A stretch of DNA of 64,000 nt, from positions 66,337-130,336 of the forward strand of contig JAUPSS010000014.1 of assembly GCA_040285825.1 (NCBI GenBank). The letters are read 5' to 3'. The position numbers were made by a program, and so were the translations under genes. Shown here one piece after another: positions 49,736 to 62,223 of this stretch (its first letter is position 1; each line of letters opens with the position of its first letter). This DNA comes from Eukaryota sp. TZLM1-RC. Lineage: Eukaryota > Protista > Metamonada: BaSk clade. The notes beneath the pieces were generated by a model. The model did no database searches, had not been told where the DNA came from, and saw only the letters and a program-made list of their open reading frames with translations.

Positions 49736-50891
49736 CTACAATCTGCTCTTGACACTCCTTAAGATACGGTGCAGCCCCTCTAGTCTATCTTGAACCGACT
49801 CTTGATCACTCCATCTCGACTCAGACACCGACCTATAATCCGATCTAAAGGACCTATCACGTGACCTATCACGTGAAGTGCGGGAAGGCTTAGCTGAAGA
49901 AGGTCTTGACTTTGAAGTTGGTCTTTTTTTCACGCTTTTCTTCCTCTTTTGTTCTTCTACCCAAGCAGTTGGATCGAACCTTGGTGTTGAGCTTGGTCTC
50001 TTTCTAGTGGCTGAAGTAGGTCTAGAGGAAGCCCTTGAAGAAGGGCGAGAATTAACAGAAGAAGAGCGTTTTCTGGTAGCTGAAATAGGTCTTCCGATCG
50101 ATCGGGACGTTGATCGAGGTCTTGAGCTAAGAGACCGCTGAGCTGCATCCGCTCTTTTTCTTTCTTTTTCAAGAGAATTCTCCAGACTTTTGACCTGTTG
50201 ACGAAGGTTGCGGACAACTGACTCTTGATCCTTATATTTGCGTAGTTTTTCTTTATTTTGTGAACACTCCCGTTCCAGTTGAGTCAATTTATTATTGAAA
50301 GACTTCTTTTCCCGTTCAATTTGAGACTTCAACTTGCTATTTTCATTGGTAAGTTGTTCAACCCTCCTCCTCAACGAAGCGGTCTCCTCCTCGCTCTCTA
50401 CACGGCTGGCTTCACTACTGACTGGTTCACGTGTCCTAGGAGTAGCAGCGGGGATCAAAGGAAGGGGGTAATGGACTCTATCAAACTGAGAAGCATAGGT
50501 TAAAATAAGATATCGTCTGTCTTTCTTCTCGTTTGAACTGCTTGACTTGGATGGCTGTCCACGGGCTTGCTTGAGACGGTCAAGATCTTCAGGGGTAAGT
50601 AGATCAAGGAACACTGATTCTGAAGAGTGAGTGAGACCAGCTTTGAGCATATCAACAAAAACAACAAAGCCTTTCCTACTACCAGCTTTCTTAGTATATT
50701 CTTCTATATCTGTTGTGAGAGTCAAAAGGAATAAACCAACACTTTGCTGAGAACTCCCCAGTCCATTTAAGATTGGGAGCAGTTGACTGCTGTACATCAA
50801 TAAGTAGACGCTGATAATGTGAATCTATGACAACTGTATAAGGAAAGCCGTGGAAGGAGACATTAAAAGTAAGAGTCTGCCCTTCTTGCAT
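49736..50891 (-). CDS. CCDC61: CCDC61/VFL3 centriolar protein; intron 50710-50740
   Basis: Spliced WTGEFSAK|YIEEYTKKAGSRKGF..VFLDLLT..RRYLILTYASQFDRVHYPLPL, then a coiled coil and RFDPTAWVEE. Confidence 0.93.
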
Positions 50892-50959
50892 GTGGATTGA
50901 AGGGAGGAAAGCAAATTTGTGCAGACTGAGAATTTCCCATCAAATGCATACTAGTATTG

Positions 50960-52790
50960 GATAAATGTCAAAGATGTAAAGCAAGGAGATCCTTTAGGAT
51001 CTCTTTTGTTTTGTTTGGTCATTCGTCCAATTTTATTACAAATTCAAGAGATGTTTCCTTCACTAAAGATGATTGCATATATGGATGATGTTGTTCTTAA
51101 AGGTGAATTAAAGATTGTAAAAAAAGCAACTGTATGTTTCAAAGAACTATTTAGCAAAAGTGGCTTTCACTTAATTTACTGAAATGTGTTTTGTTATCGA
51201 ATTCTCCAGTTTCTGCAATAGTTGATAGTTGATGGTATTGAAATTCAAGCCAAATTGTATACATTCGATGCTATTAGTCATTTGGGTTCGTTTTTGAGAA
51301 ATAATGATGAAATTACCAAAAAATTGTTTGAAATGTTGAACTCAATTGCCGGCAAAATTAACCGAATGATGACTTTAGATATACAGAAACTCATCAAATT
51401 TACCATTATAAGACTATGTTTTAGTTCCAACTTCAATCATATATTTCAATCTACAAATCCTTTCATCACTAGGCTTTTGGCTCAGAAGTTTAATGAGTTA
51501 CGTGCAAAAGTTTTGTCACAATTACTAGGATGTAAAATGTTCCAAATTCCAGACCATGCTTATCTTAGTCCACATTATGGCGGTTTAGGGTGGACAAAGG
51601 CTTCTATTCTTACCTCGTGTGCTTTTGTTGGTGGATGCAGAAATGCCATCATTGAGTTATCCGAAAGATTTGCTGATTGGGAAGATTTATCAACGACAAC
51701 GCAAAGTTCCACTGTTTTTGCATTAAATGAAGAAATTTCAAAAATTGATGTAGAAAAATGGAGTCGATACTTTCCCCAATCACTCAATGGCAATATTCCA
51801 CAAAAGAATCTTTTAAATTTAAAATTCACTCTTCGAACATTATAGAAACGATTGACTGGAACGTATGAAAACGATCGTTATAAAAATATACGCAGCTTGG
51901 CTTTTTTAAATCAAGGTCTTCACTCATTGTTATTGGAAAAGGGTGTTTGTGAAAACCAGTCATCAGATTCTTCACTGTTTATAACCATTGTACGACGAAG
52001 ATTTGCACTGTGTGCTACTAATGAAGCGTTTGTAACAAAAATGAGATTATATTTGAATATCCCCATTAATCAATTATTATCAAATGAAAAATGTATTTGT
52101 TCGAATTCACCTCAACTCATTTTGCGCCATGCCCTGAATTGTTCTAAATTGATAACTTATCGTTCTTCATTACATGATGCTGTTAGAGACACTGTTTTCA
52201 ATATGGCACAAACTGCAAGGATATCGTGTATCAAAGAGCCTCTGCTGAAGGAAAACACTTTCTCTGAATAATTTTAGTTCTGATGATAGAGGTGATGTAT
52301 ACTTCGATTGGATTGATAATTCTGAAGCTATTGTTGATTTTGTCTCATGTAATGTTGCAAATGATACTTTGGTTCACAGAAGAAAACTTAATCCTGTGAG
52401 TGCTCTTGATTTTGAAGCAAAAGAACAACATAGAAAATATGATAAAGATATTGAAGAGGCTAATTCTGATAGAAATACACAGCTGGTTTTTATTGCTTTC
52501 CCATTTTCGATAAACGGAAGATTATCAGATGAAGCAGAAACTTTTTTGAACGACTTCCAAAAAATGGTTCAAGAAAAATCAATGAAAAAATTTGATATTT
52601 TTTTATGGCGTTCTCGGATTCAATTAGCCATTATTAATAGATTACCTCGGTTTTTCAATCGAATAAGAGAAGCTTTAGCTAGGCAGCAAGCAGATCAAGA
52701 TTTTGTAGGGGCAATCTTGGTTCAATGATAGTCGTCCCATTAGATATGAATTTATTTTATTAAATGTCCATGTTCAGTAAATATACTTTA
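50960..52790 (+). mobile_element. CRE-like RLE non-LTR retrotransposon (RT C-half plus RLE), decayed
   Basis: VKQGDPLG.LLFCL, AYMDD, GGLG, CIC..HALNC..LHD and RGD motifs. The 3' part matches 17875-18096. Confidence 0.9.
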
Positions 52791-52832
52791 TAAATATCAC
52801 CAACACTGATGTAAACTTCTCAGCACCGAGGG

Positions 52833-54655
52833 TTAGTGTACAATAAACATTTTGGAAATACATTGATAAAAAGAGCTACTACTGTGTTTTGCAATCTCCA
52901 GCTGATTTGTAGAGTCTGAGATGTCCCTAGACCAGTTGGTCTGACACAGAGGGCGATCGAACTTAGCGTTATTTACCCTTCTGTCATCATGATATATCTT
53001 TCTATGAAAGACCTTACAGCAATTCACTTTTGCTGAGGTTATAAACTCGTCCCTCACTTTGTTGTTTTTAAAGTCTTTTCGGATTTGTTTGAGAAATTTT
53101 TTCCTAAAGGATTTCACAGCTTGACGACATGGACCACCGCCGCCATTTCCGAACAGGATTATAGTGTTTTTTTCTTCAGACAAGCGTTTAATGTTGTTAA
53201 TAAAACTAGTTAGTCTTTTTTGTTATTGTATGAAAAAATCAAATTTATTTCTTCTAAGTCTGTTTCTTCCACCACCCTGCATGTTTCCACACATGATTGA
53301 AGATTATTCAAAAGATTTCCTCAAATTCATCAACATAAGGTAAACTTACTTCAATCAGATACTCTTGGAACTCTGAGCGGAATAAGTATTAGAAATTGCT
53401 TGAGTGAGATGAGGAGAATGATTTGATTTTCGTTCTTTTGGTTTTAGCATCAAGCCAAAACACTCAAAAATATGTGCAAAATTTCGGAAACAATCAGTAG
53501 TCCAACCACAAAGATTGCTGTGGTCGGGATTAATGGCTACAAAAAGCAATTTTTTATCAGGATCTGGTTAGTTGGGCTGTTCATTCACTAATAACCGTAG
53601 TCTCTGCTGTGTATTTCCTTTTCTATGGACATTATATTTTCTTTTCCTTACATAATTATGAAAATCATAATTTCCAGAGACACGTCTCGACTCAACTTCC
53701 ACTTTAATTTGCCGATTATATGTTTTTTTGCCTATTGGGTCAACACAAACCGCAAAAAATCACCATTTGAAAAAATCGTATAGTTAATAAACTTAGATTG
53801 ATTAAAAAACCGATAAGTTTTGTTCAGCACGCTCATTGGTTTTATTTAGCTTTGTGAAATAAGCTTCGGCTTCTTTATATCAAACTGCAGAAACATGGAG
53901 ACCAACTGGATAGAGGTGTGAGAGAGTGTCTTTTCATAACCTCAGGGTAGTTATCTTCTAGAAGAGATAAAATATTCAATCCTGACTGAAAAATTGTAGC
54001 TGCAGTTTCTATATTTATGGTAAATCGTTCATTTCTGATTGGGGTTTCCAACACATTTTGCCCCCACCTATAAAGGCATTTGTTGTCTTATTTAAACAGT
54101 GGGTCAGAATATGTTGGTGCAGACCTCTGATACCATTGTGAAATGGTATCATCCGGCTGAAGATTTTGAGGTACGCATTCGGCGTAATTTTTGGGACTAG
54201 GGCAATTCAGCCTTTGAACACAGCTTTTGAAAAAATTGTGTATATAAACAACAAGGCGGTCAACCAACAGCTGACGCAACGCTTCCCTCAGTTAAATGGC
54301 TCGATTGCCAAGCAGACTGGAATGGCACCAGATCCTACCACCGTCGGCTGACGTGGTTTCAGTCAGTGGGCGCCAAGGCCAAAAGTGTTGAACAAAATGT
54401 TGCAGCGCTTGAAAAACCAGAGGATGGTTCTCGAAAGAGCTTCTTTGTTTGGGTTCTCTTTCACAAACAAAGTCGAAACAGAGGCTCCAGAACTGGCTTT
54501 GAGTAGGCCAGCATAGAGTGTTTTGGGTATTGGAGTACAAAGAGTTTTGAGAAATGAGTACCGTGAGCCCCAATACTAGCGAGAACTGGAAATTGGTGTT
54601 CCAAAATGATTGAAAATTTGTTTTCTAAAATTGAAGATTTGTTGAAATCAATCAA
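52833..54655 (-). pseudogene. Fanzor family B copy 2, heavily decayed
   Basis: IILFGNGGGGPCRQAVK..RDEFITSAKVNCC..PLCQTNWSRDISDSTNQLEI, RuvC-I-like LLFVAINPDHSNL and YTIFSNGDFLRF. N-terminal KLFVLQYP, SSFENH and CPSPKNYA match the 30487 ORF. Confidence 0.85.
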
Positions 54656-56713
54656 TCTTTTAGTTGTCGAATCAAAGTGAAGTTAGTTACAAGTGTTTAT
54701 AAATGATATAGCCAATAGAAGCTTCAAAACTCCCAGGACAATCTGACTGGTCTCGTGCTATGTTGATAGCGATCCAAATATTTGATGAAGGAAAGACCCA
54801 GATTACTCCTGAGCTCATTTCATCTCTCCCGACTCATGTCAGAGAAGAAATTGATAGGGACATAAAACAGCCACTTTTAAGTATTGACCCAGAACTGATA
54901 AAACGACTAAGCAAGCATCATAAAAAAGACAAAAAAAAAAGACTTTGACAACAGGGTCAGAAACACAGGTAACTTCCCCAATCGGAAACAAATCAATGCA
55001 ATCGATCATATTCAATCAATTGGCGATTTCGGAAACCCAGTCAACAACTCCCCAACAGATCAACAATTCTTACTTAATCCTCTACAAATCCACAAACACA
55101 GCTCTGATATCAACGGTATTTTTGGTATAAATTTTACTGTTAGTGAAAATTACATCAGATCCTAGCGTTCTCCATTTCTAAGATTGGAGATTTTAATAGA
55201 GAACATAAAAAGGATTGCAACTATTGATTTGGCAGCGTTTTGTTCGGTTATAACAGAAGATTCGGCTAACAAATGCAATATGTCAATTAATAGAGATGAT
55301 ACGATTGAGTTCTTATTAGCCAATAACGTATCAAGTAAATAGCTAGAAACGAGGAGTGCAAATGGTATTTTGTCGTTCAACGTAGGAAACATTGCGCACC
55401 AGGTACATTATAGACATAATCTTCCCATAATCCCGGGTTCGAACAATTTATTAATAGGGATAGATATGTTGAAAACACTTGGGTTTCAGACATGATGGTC
55501 TTTTCATTAGATTAGACAAAGAACACTTCGTTAAATGCAGAATCAGAATTCGACTCAAGAATCGCTCAACATTCGATTGGAACCTTAGATAACCAATCAT
55601 CGAGTCCTTCCGATTTTGAGGAGCAATTAACTAGATTTGGTTGTGAGATAAAATTAGATTATGATAATAATAAATTAAAATGAATGAGTCTACTAGGAAT
55701 TTTCAGCGATGTTTTTAGCGAAACTCCAAACAGAAAATGATTCGATTGTAATCCTCTAACAATCTCCTTCAGAAATGAAAATGCTATAGTAAACAAACCT
55801 GCTAGACGGTTTAATCCCAGCAAAATGGAAATAGCAAACAAAATATTTGATGAAATAATTGAAATGGGCTATGCAGTTGAATCTAATTATAAATTCAGCT
55901 CTCCTATCGTTTTAGTTATATATCCTGACGGCAAGAAACCCAGGCTAACTGGAACCTTTAGTGGTAAAGATGGTGTTTATGCCCACACGATTTCAGTAGA
56001 GCCTAATCTACCTAGGATTAGTGATATTTTAGAATTTTTGGGTAGAGCAGATTATATTGCCACGCTTGATTTACCAAAAGCTTTCTGGCAAATGACCGTA
56101 GCTGAGAAGGACATTGAGAAAACATCAGTCTCAATCCCTGGAACATCTATTATGTTTAAAAGAGCTTGCTTTGATTGAAGTACATTTCAGCAGTATTTCA
56201 AAACGTAATGATGGAAATTTTCCAAATTGATGGCGTTTTTATATGTCTTTTTTGTTAGATGCCCAAAACAGTTCCTCTTCGTGTTTAACTACTCAGATTC
56301 CTCAAAATTATGGTCTTCTTTTAAATGATACCGAATTTTCTTGTACAATGCGCCTTCGTTGTTTTATTTGGCCTAATAACGTGCCTCATAATTTGATTCG
56401 TAAATGTGGATCAAAGATTTCTCCAAATCATTTATTCAATTGTAAACATTTTATTACTTTTCGATCAAAAGTTCATGATGCAGTAAGAGATCAACTCCAT
56501 TGTATGTCAAAACCACATACAATTGTTTGCTATTTAGAACCATTACTTTCCCGTTCGGTTGATGAAGATACTTTGAATTCGTTTGGTCGAAATAGAGATG
56601 ATTTAATGCTTGAAGGTCTTGAAGGTACTACCATTATTACAGATGTGAGATCCACTGATGTCTGCAATGATTCCTTCATTCCAATGGCTCAATCAAAATG
56701 TAAAGACTCCTTA

Positions 56714-58341
56714 TGTTGCCTTAGGTTGCAAAAGTGGTTGAGATAGAGATGATTGACATAAAGTGCATGACATAAAGTGCATGACATAAAGTTGATTTAT
56801 TTTGCCCTTATTCTATTTAAGCCTAAAGGCGCCAACACTACTTCTTCCCTTTTTCAAAATTAATTAACTTTAAACTAATAACTAAACTATAAATATACAA
56901 AATACTAATAACTCAATTCTAATGTTTCCTGATGTATACTATTATTTTCGCACTGGATTCACAAAAACACGGGTCTTACTTCTTGATAGTTGATGTATTA
57001 TATCCCTTTAACAATAATGTAGAATAAAGGAGTGAGCAATAACGTAAAAGAACTGGTTCCAAGATCCATGTGTTTGAATACTTTGTTGTATTAGCTTTAG
57101 TCGTTACATAATGACGTTCTGCTTTTTCCTTTTTTCGTAGACGAGTAACGTGGTAGTGTCGTTTAGTAAAGTTATTATGGAATCGAATAATGGATTCGCT
57201 AATAAATATGCAGGGTCTATGATGGATTGAAAACAACAGAAAACAAAGCAACAAAGTTCAAAAATCTGAAAGAGGCATCATTTGTTGTTAAAGTACTGCC
57301 TGTCTACAAAAATTGTTAAAGTGGGAGGGTTAAAATACATCGTCGTTCCCATTCGCTAAAAGAGGTGAGCTCGATGACTGTACCTGTATCCCATTACTTA
57401 ACCTTGACTTCTTTTTAAAAAGGAAGGGGGGAGGGATCAACTTCCCTATATCTGCTCTTGTAATACATTATTGATGGAGGTGGAGTTTGTAATCGTAACC
57501 TCGTACATTGAGTGGGGGAGGAGGATGCTACACTAGAACCCTCGTAACCCGGTTTTTTTGTTGTCGTTTTGATGGAGGAGGGGTGTATACCCGTAGCCTC
57601 ATTTCCAGTGTTTGAAATCCAACGTTTCTACCTCTCTTTTGGATTTGCTTCCATAAAGGAGGGAGCTGCTCAAACAAACAGTAATCTGTAGGTTCAGGGT
57701 GGGCTTCCGCGTCCTTCATTATCTGTTGGTGAAGCTCTTTCTCTTCGTCGTCCATTTCTTCTAAGACGGACTGAAGTTCTTCGTAGTCCTTTAGAACAGA
57801 CGAAGTATCTGAGCTTAACCCAACGTTTTCTTTAGGTGAAGAGGGGGGTGGTCCCGTTCCTGAAACTTTATCTGGTTTGTTGGACATGGAAGAGGCGGGA
57901 GGTGGTTCCGTGCCTGGTTCCGTTGTTTTTGATTTGGAAGAGGCGGGAGGTGGTTCCGTGCCTGGTTCCATATCTTTCTCATGAGGAGGGGCGGAGGGTG
58001 GTCTCGAGCCCGAGTCCTCTTTTTTATTCGACTCTTCAGTCCCTACTGATGTTGTATGTATGCTAGAAGCATCTCTGTCGTACTGTTGCATCTGTTCAAT
58101 GTAAAAAATTTGACAAGAGTCAGTGTCCTGGCGAGGAGAGGCTGACATGATATCTGCTGATGATATCCTCTGTTTGATTGCTGTAAGTTGTGTAAGCGGT
58201 ATACCTATAACCTAATACGGCCAATAATTATTGTTGCCTTAGGTTGCAAAAGTGGTTGAGATAGAGATGATTGACATAAAGTGCATGACATAAAGTTGAT
58301 TTATTTTGCCCTTATTCTATTTAAGCCTAAAGGCGCCAACA
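56714..58341 (-). mobile_element. Non-autonomous (TRIM/LARD-like) LTR element with 110/124-bp LTRs and a 4-bp TSD
   Basis: LTRs 56714-56837 and 58232-58341 (TG..CA) are identical except for one extra TGCATGACATAAAG unit. TSD CTTA; PPT GAAAAAGGGAAGAAGTAG (- strand) next to 56837; internal 206-aa ORF. Confidence 0.93.
57528..58148 (-). CDS. Low-complexity ORF inside the small LTR element (possible gag N-terminus)
   Basis: ATG lies just downstream of the 5' LTR; repeated EPGTEPPPASS. Confidence 0.45.
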   Translation of the reverse strand: MSASPRQDTDSCQIFYIEQMQQYDRDASSIHTTSVGTEESNKKEDSGSRPPSAPPHEKDMEPGTEPPPASSKSKTTEPGTEPPPASSMSNKPDKVSGTGPPPSSPKENVGLSSDTSSVLKDYEELQSVLEEMDDEEKELHQQIMKDAEAHPEPTDYCLFEQLPPLWKQIQKRGRNVGFQTLEMRLRVYTPPPSKRQQKNRVTRVLV

Positions 58342-61300
58342 CTTAACTGTTTCCGAAAAAGCCAAAATTGACAAATATAAAGCAAAATTGTTATCCTTGA
58401 ATGCAGAATCGCATACTCATTATGTCCTCCGTCTTTTTGCAGTTTCCCTTTATGGAACGCTTGGACCTCTTGCTGTATCTTTTCTGGATGATTTTGTTGA
58501 AATTGTGAAACAACGTACTGGAAGAGTTTTTACAAGAGTTCTTTCCAAAACAGAATTGTATTTTCAATTTTCAAGGGTGTTGTTCCCTTATTATCTTCAG
58601 CTTTGTTATCTCTTGGACGCTTTTATGAAAGAAAAACTTCCAGTCAATTCTTCTTGGCTGAATTGGGTTATAAAAACATAGAATTTTAACCTTGTTGTAA
58701 AGTTTGTTTTTGTTGGAATTAATAAAAATAATAAATAAAAAAATTTTTATATATATTGACGATATCATAATAGTTGGAACGATATTCGATGAATTTAATA
58801 AGAGATTACAAAGAATCCTCCAATGCGCCAGAAATAGACGTGTAAATATTGGCTTACGTAAATGTAAATTCGTAATATCTAACCACCCTATTGATATTTT
58901 GGGAAGTACCTTTCAGAATAAAACTAGATTTATAAGTAAAAAAAGGATAGAAGCCTTGATGAGAATCCCTAGACCAAAATCAGTGAAAGAAGTTGGTAGG
59001 ATTAGGATCCATTAAATATATTAGAGATTGGCTTCCAGGTATTTCCGGATTAATAGTTCCAATTAATGAGTTAATCAAAGGGAAACCCAGAATAATTAAA
59101 TGGACTAACGAGCATGACGATTACCTAAAACAAATAAAAGATTTAATAGTCAATCACATGCCCCTAGAACAACCAGCCCCGGGATAAGCGAGTGCTCATC
59201 AGTACTGATGCCTCAGATGTAGCAGTAGGAGGAGTTATTTGGCAAGAAATTGAGCCCTACTCACCTGCAGAAACCCCGTTAAGTAAAAGAAAAGTAAAAT
59301 CTCTGTCATTTTACAGTAGATTACTTACAGAAACACAAAAGAAATGGTCCTCATACAAAGTGGTCATACAAAAGGAGTTATATGCAATACTTTTAATTTT
59401 AACTGAATATTGCTTAGAGAGCTATCTTCTGACTAGACACCTAACAATTCCCACAGATCATAAAAACATTGCATTCCTGGCAACGGCGCCAGAGAAAAAT
59501 AGAATTGTAAGAGATGGTTGCCGATACTGTCTGAATTCGACCTTGACATAGTTTATGAACCTGGTGAAGATAACCACTGGGCAGATATGTTATCGAGAAA
59601 TATCGACCTGAATCAAGAGGAAGAACCTTCATCTATTTGCAGTATTAATATACCATGCACGATGTACTCAAATTACGAAACACCTGCTCTAATTGATGAC
59701 TCAGATTCGGAATCTGAAGATCTCCCATCAATCTCGTCACTTAGCAGACACCAAGATTTATTCATTTTTTCTTCTAGGTTCTCTAAGATTTGATCGGAAC
59801 AACCGATTGCCATAATTAATAAGGACTCCTTATTTGAAAACACAATTTTAGATGAAAATATTCAAATTTGGGAAAATAATAAATAAAATTCTAATCCCAC
59901 AAAGTCTCAGAAAACAGGCTTTATTATTAATACATAGATTGGTTCAATCTGGTCACCCCAGCAAAAACGATAGTCTACATAAATTATCTAAAAGCGATTT
60001 TTACTGGCCTAATAAGAAAAAGGACCTGATAGATCATGTTAAAAGATGCCCTACTTGTCAAAAAACCGCACCAGTCAAACGAACAAAAACACCTTCCACA
60101 GGTTCCCTTTAAGCAGATCGTCCATTTGCTAGACTAAATGTTGATACAATTGGAATTCTGAATACTGATAGCGATGGTAATAAATACTTGTTAGTATTTG
60201 TAGATTCATTTACTGGTTATTCATTTCTAGTCCCTCTAAAGAAACTCAATGCCTTAGAGACCGCAGACGCATTGATTTTTAACGTTTGCGCAATTTTTGG
60301 CATACCTATGTCAATTCGTGATGATAACGGTCCTGAGTTCGCCAATGAGACTTTCAAGATAGTGTGTAACAGATTAGCTATTGAGACGAGTAACTCAATA
60401 CCCACTACTCTGAAAGTAATGGACTTGTCGAACGTAAACATAGAGACGTTTTACAATGCTTGAGGAAATTATTAATAGATTTTAATGATTATGGAAATTG
60501 GTCTACTTATGTACCCATATTCCAACTATTAATAAATTCTACTAAAAGCAAAAAAACAGGTTTTACCCCATACGAACTTTGTTTGGATCTTCGATTAGTC
60601 CAAGATCGGACCCTGCAATTATATTAGGAAACTTATCAAAATTCGATTCCAATATTCCTTTATTAGATGATATTCAATTGAAAAATACTCATCTACAAGA
60701 AAAAAGGGAAGAAGCAGAGCGTCACCAAACATTTGATACTCCGACTTCAGTAGATAATACTAATTCGCGCTTTATAGTATTCAATATTGGTGACTATGTC
60801 TTACGTAAAACCAAGCAAAATAATAAACTACATGGATCCTGGAACGGACCATTCTTAGTTATTGACATTCCTTGCAAATCCACTTTATCATTAAAGAATC
60901 TTACTACTGGCACGGAATTAAAAGCTGCCAAGAAAGATTGTCAGATCTATAACGCTAAAAATCCGCAGGACATTGAATTCCTCAAAGCAGTCGCAGCAGG
61001 CGATGCTGAAAAACACGTTATAGAGAAAATCCTCTCAGAATATAATTCTGATTCAGGTGGTTTCTGTACTGTTCAATGGTTTGGCTGTGAGACCACTGAA
61101 GAGCGTCTCCATTCAGTTAAACATTCGGAAGCTTACAAGTTACTTATTAAAGACAGGAGATTTAGAAAATTTGGTAAACGTACTTCCAATAGAAGAGGTC
61201 TTTCCAACGAGTCTAGCGCCCCTAAACGGCCTAGGCGTAGCAGTAGAAATAGGAATTAGTTTAGTATTTTAGTTATTATTATTAGTTATATATTCGTTAT

Positions 61301-61439
61301 AAAGCCGATTGATTTTGAAAAAGGGGAGAAGCAGTGTTGGCCCTCTTAGGCTTTTATAATATGAATATGAAAATAAATCACCCTTATCTAACCCTTCTTT
61401 TCCAACCTACGGCATCAGGATAGTACATTTTCTGAAAGG

Positions 61440-62213
61440 TTACAACCATTCCTCAAGTTCATGGCACACTCTGAACTGATTCTGCCTGAACTTTGAATAA
61501 GAGATTTCGTTTCTTTATCTGGCCTGATAATTTACCCCATAAGTGAATTTGTAAATGTTCTCGAAAAATTTCAATTACTCATTTGTTAAATTGTAGACAT
61601 TCCATTACTTTTAGAACCAAGGTTCACAATGCAGTTAGAGACCAATTATATTGTCTGTCTAATTCTTATAGAATTGAATCATTTTTGGAAATCTCTGTTG
61701 TCAAATCTGTTTGATGCTTGAGATGATTTTCATAAGATTAAGATTAATAGAGGTGATGTCATATTACCTGGATGAGATGGAACCTTCATTTGATTGGATG
61801 TAGTGTCTCAAATGAAAGGCTTGTTAATTCTGAAATTCATAATACCCTTTCAAATGCTGAAAATATCAAAATCAAAAAAAATACAATTGTCAAATTGTCC
61901 AGTCAACAGCAAGCAAAATACAATTTGTATCCATTGTGTTTTCTCTTTTTGGTTCACTTGCTCCAACGGCTATACGTTTTTTGGCAGACTTTGAAGTGAT
62001 TGTAAAGAGAAGAACTAACAGAAATTTCAACAGATTGTTTTGGCAAAATAGAATTGTGTTTTTTATTGTTAAGGGGATGTTGAAGATGGTTTCTGATGCT
62101 TTGCTTTCTCTTGAATCTCACTATGAGAGAGTTGCATCTAGTTTTTGTGTTTTGGGAGAGATGGATTTTTTGGATGTTGATTTATAGGTGTTTAATAAAA
62201 TTGATAAAAAAAG
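61440..62213 (+). mobile_element. CRE-like RLE retrotransposon 3' fragment
   Basis: Matches 44153-44900 (KYNLYP..NRNFNRLFWQNRIVF..GEMDFLDVDL); A-rich tail. Confidence 0.9.
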
Positions 62214-62223
62214 TACTTTCAAA

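Larger units (their letters stand above)
56245..58743 (+). mobile_element. CRE-like 3' fragment inserted into the gypsy RT, 9-bp TSD
   Basis: ORFs 56243-56746 and 58388-58681 are CRE RLE pieces; A-rich tail at ~58720-58743. TSD TTTTTATAT at 56236-56244 and 58744-58752. Confidence 0.9.
54700..61417 (+). mobile_element. Ty3/gypsy LTR retrotransposon with C-terminal chromodomain-like segment (decayed; 5' LTR not seen), carrying nested insertions
   Basis: Protease-like TIDLAA (~55220); RT SSPIVLV, LDLPKAFWQ, YIDD; RNase H TDASDVAVGG, TDHKN; integrase H..GH..C.TC, FVDSF, DNGPEF, GLVER; chromo-like VIEKIL..VQWFG..EE. PPT GAAAAAGGGGAGAAGCAG, then 3' LTR TGTTGG..CA at 61335-61417. Confidence 0.92.
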
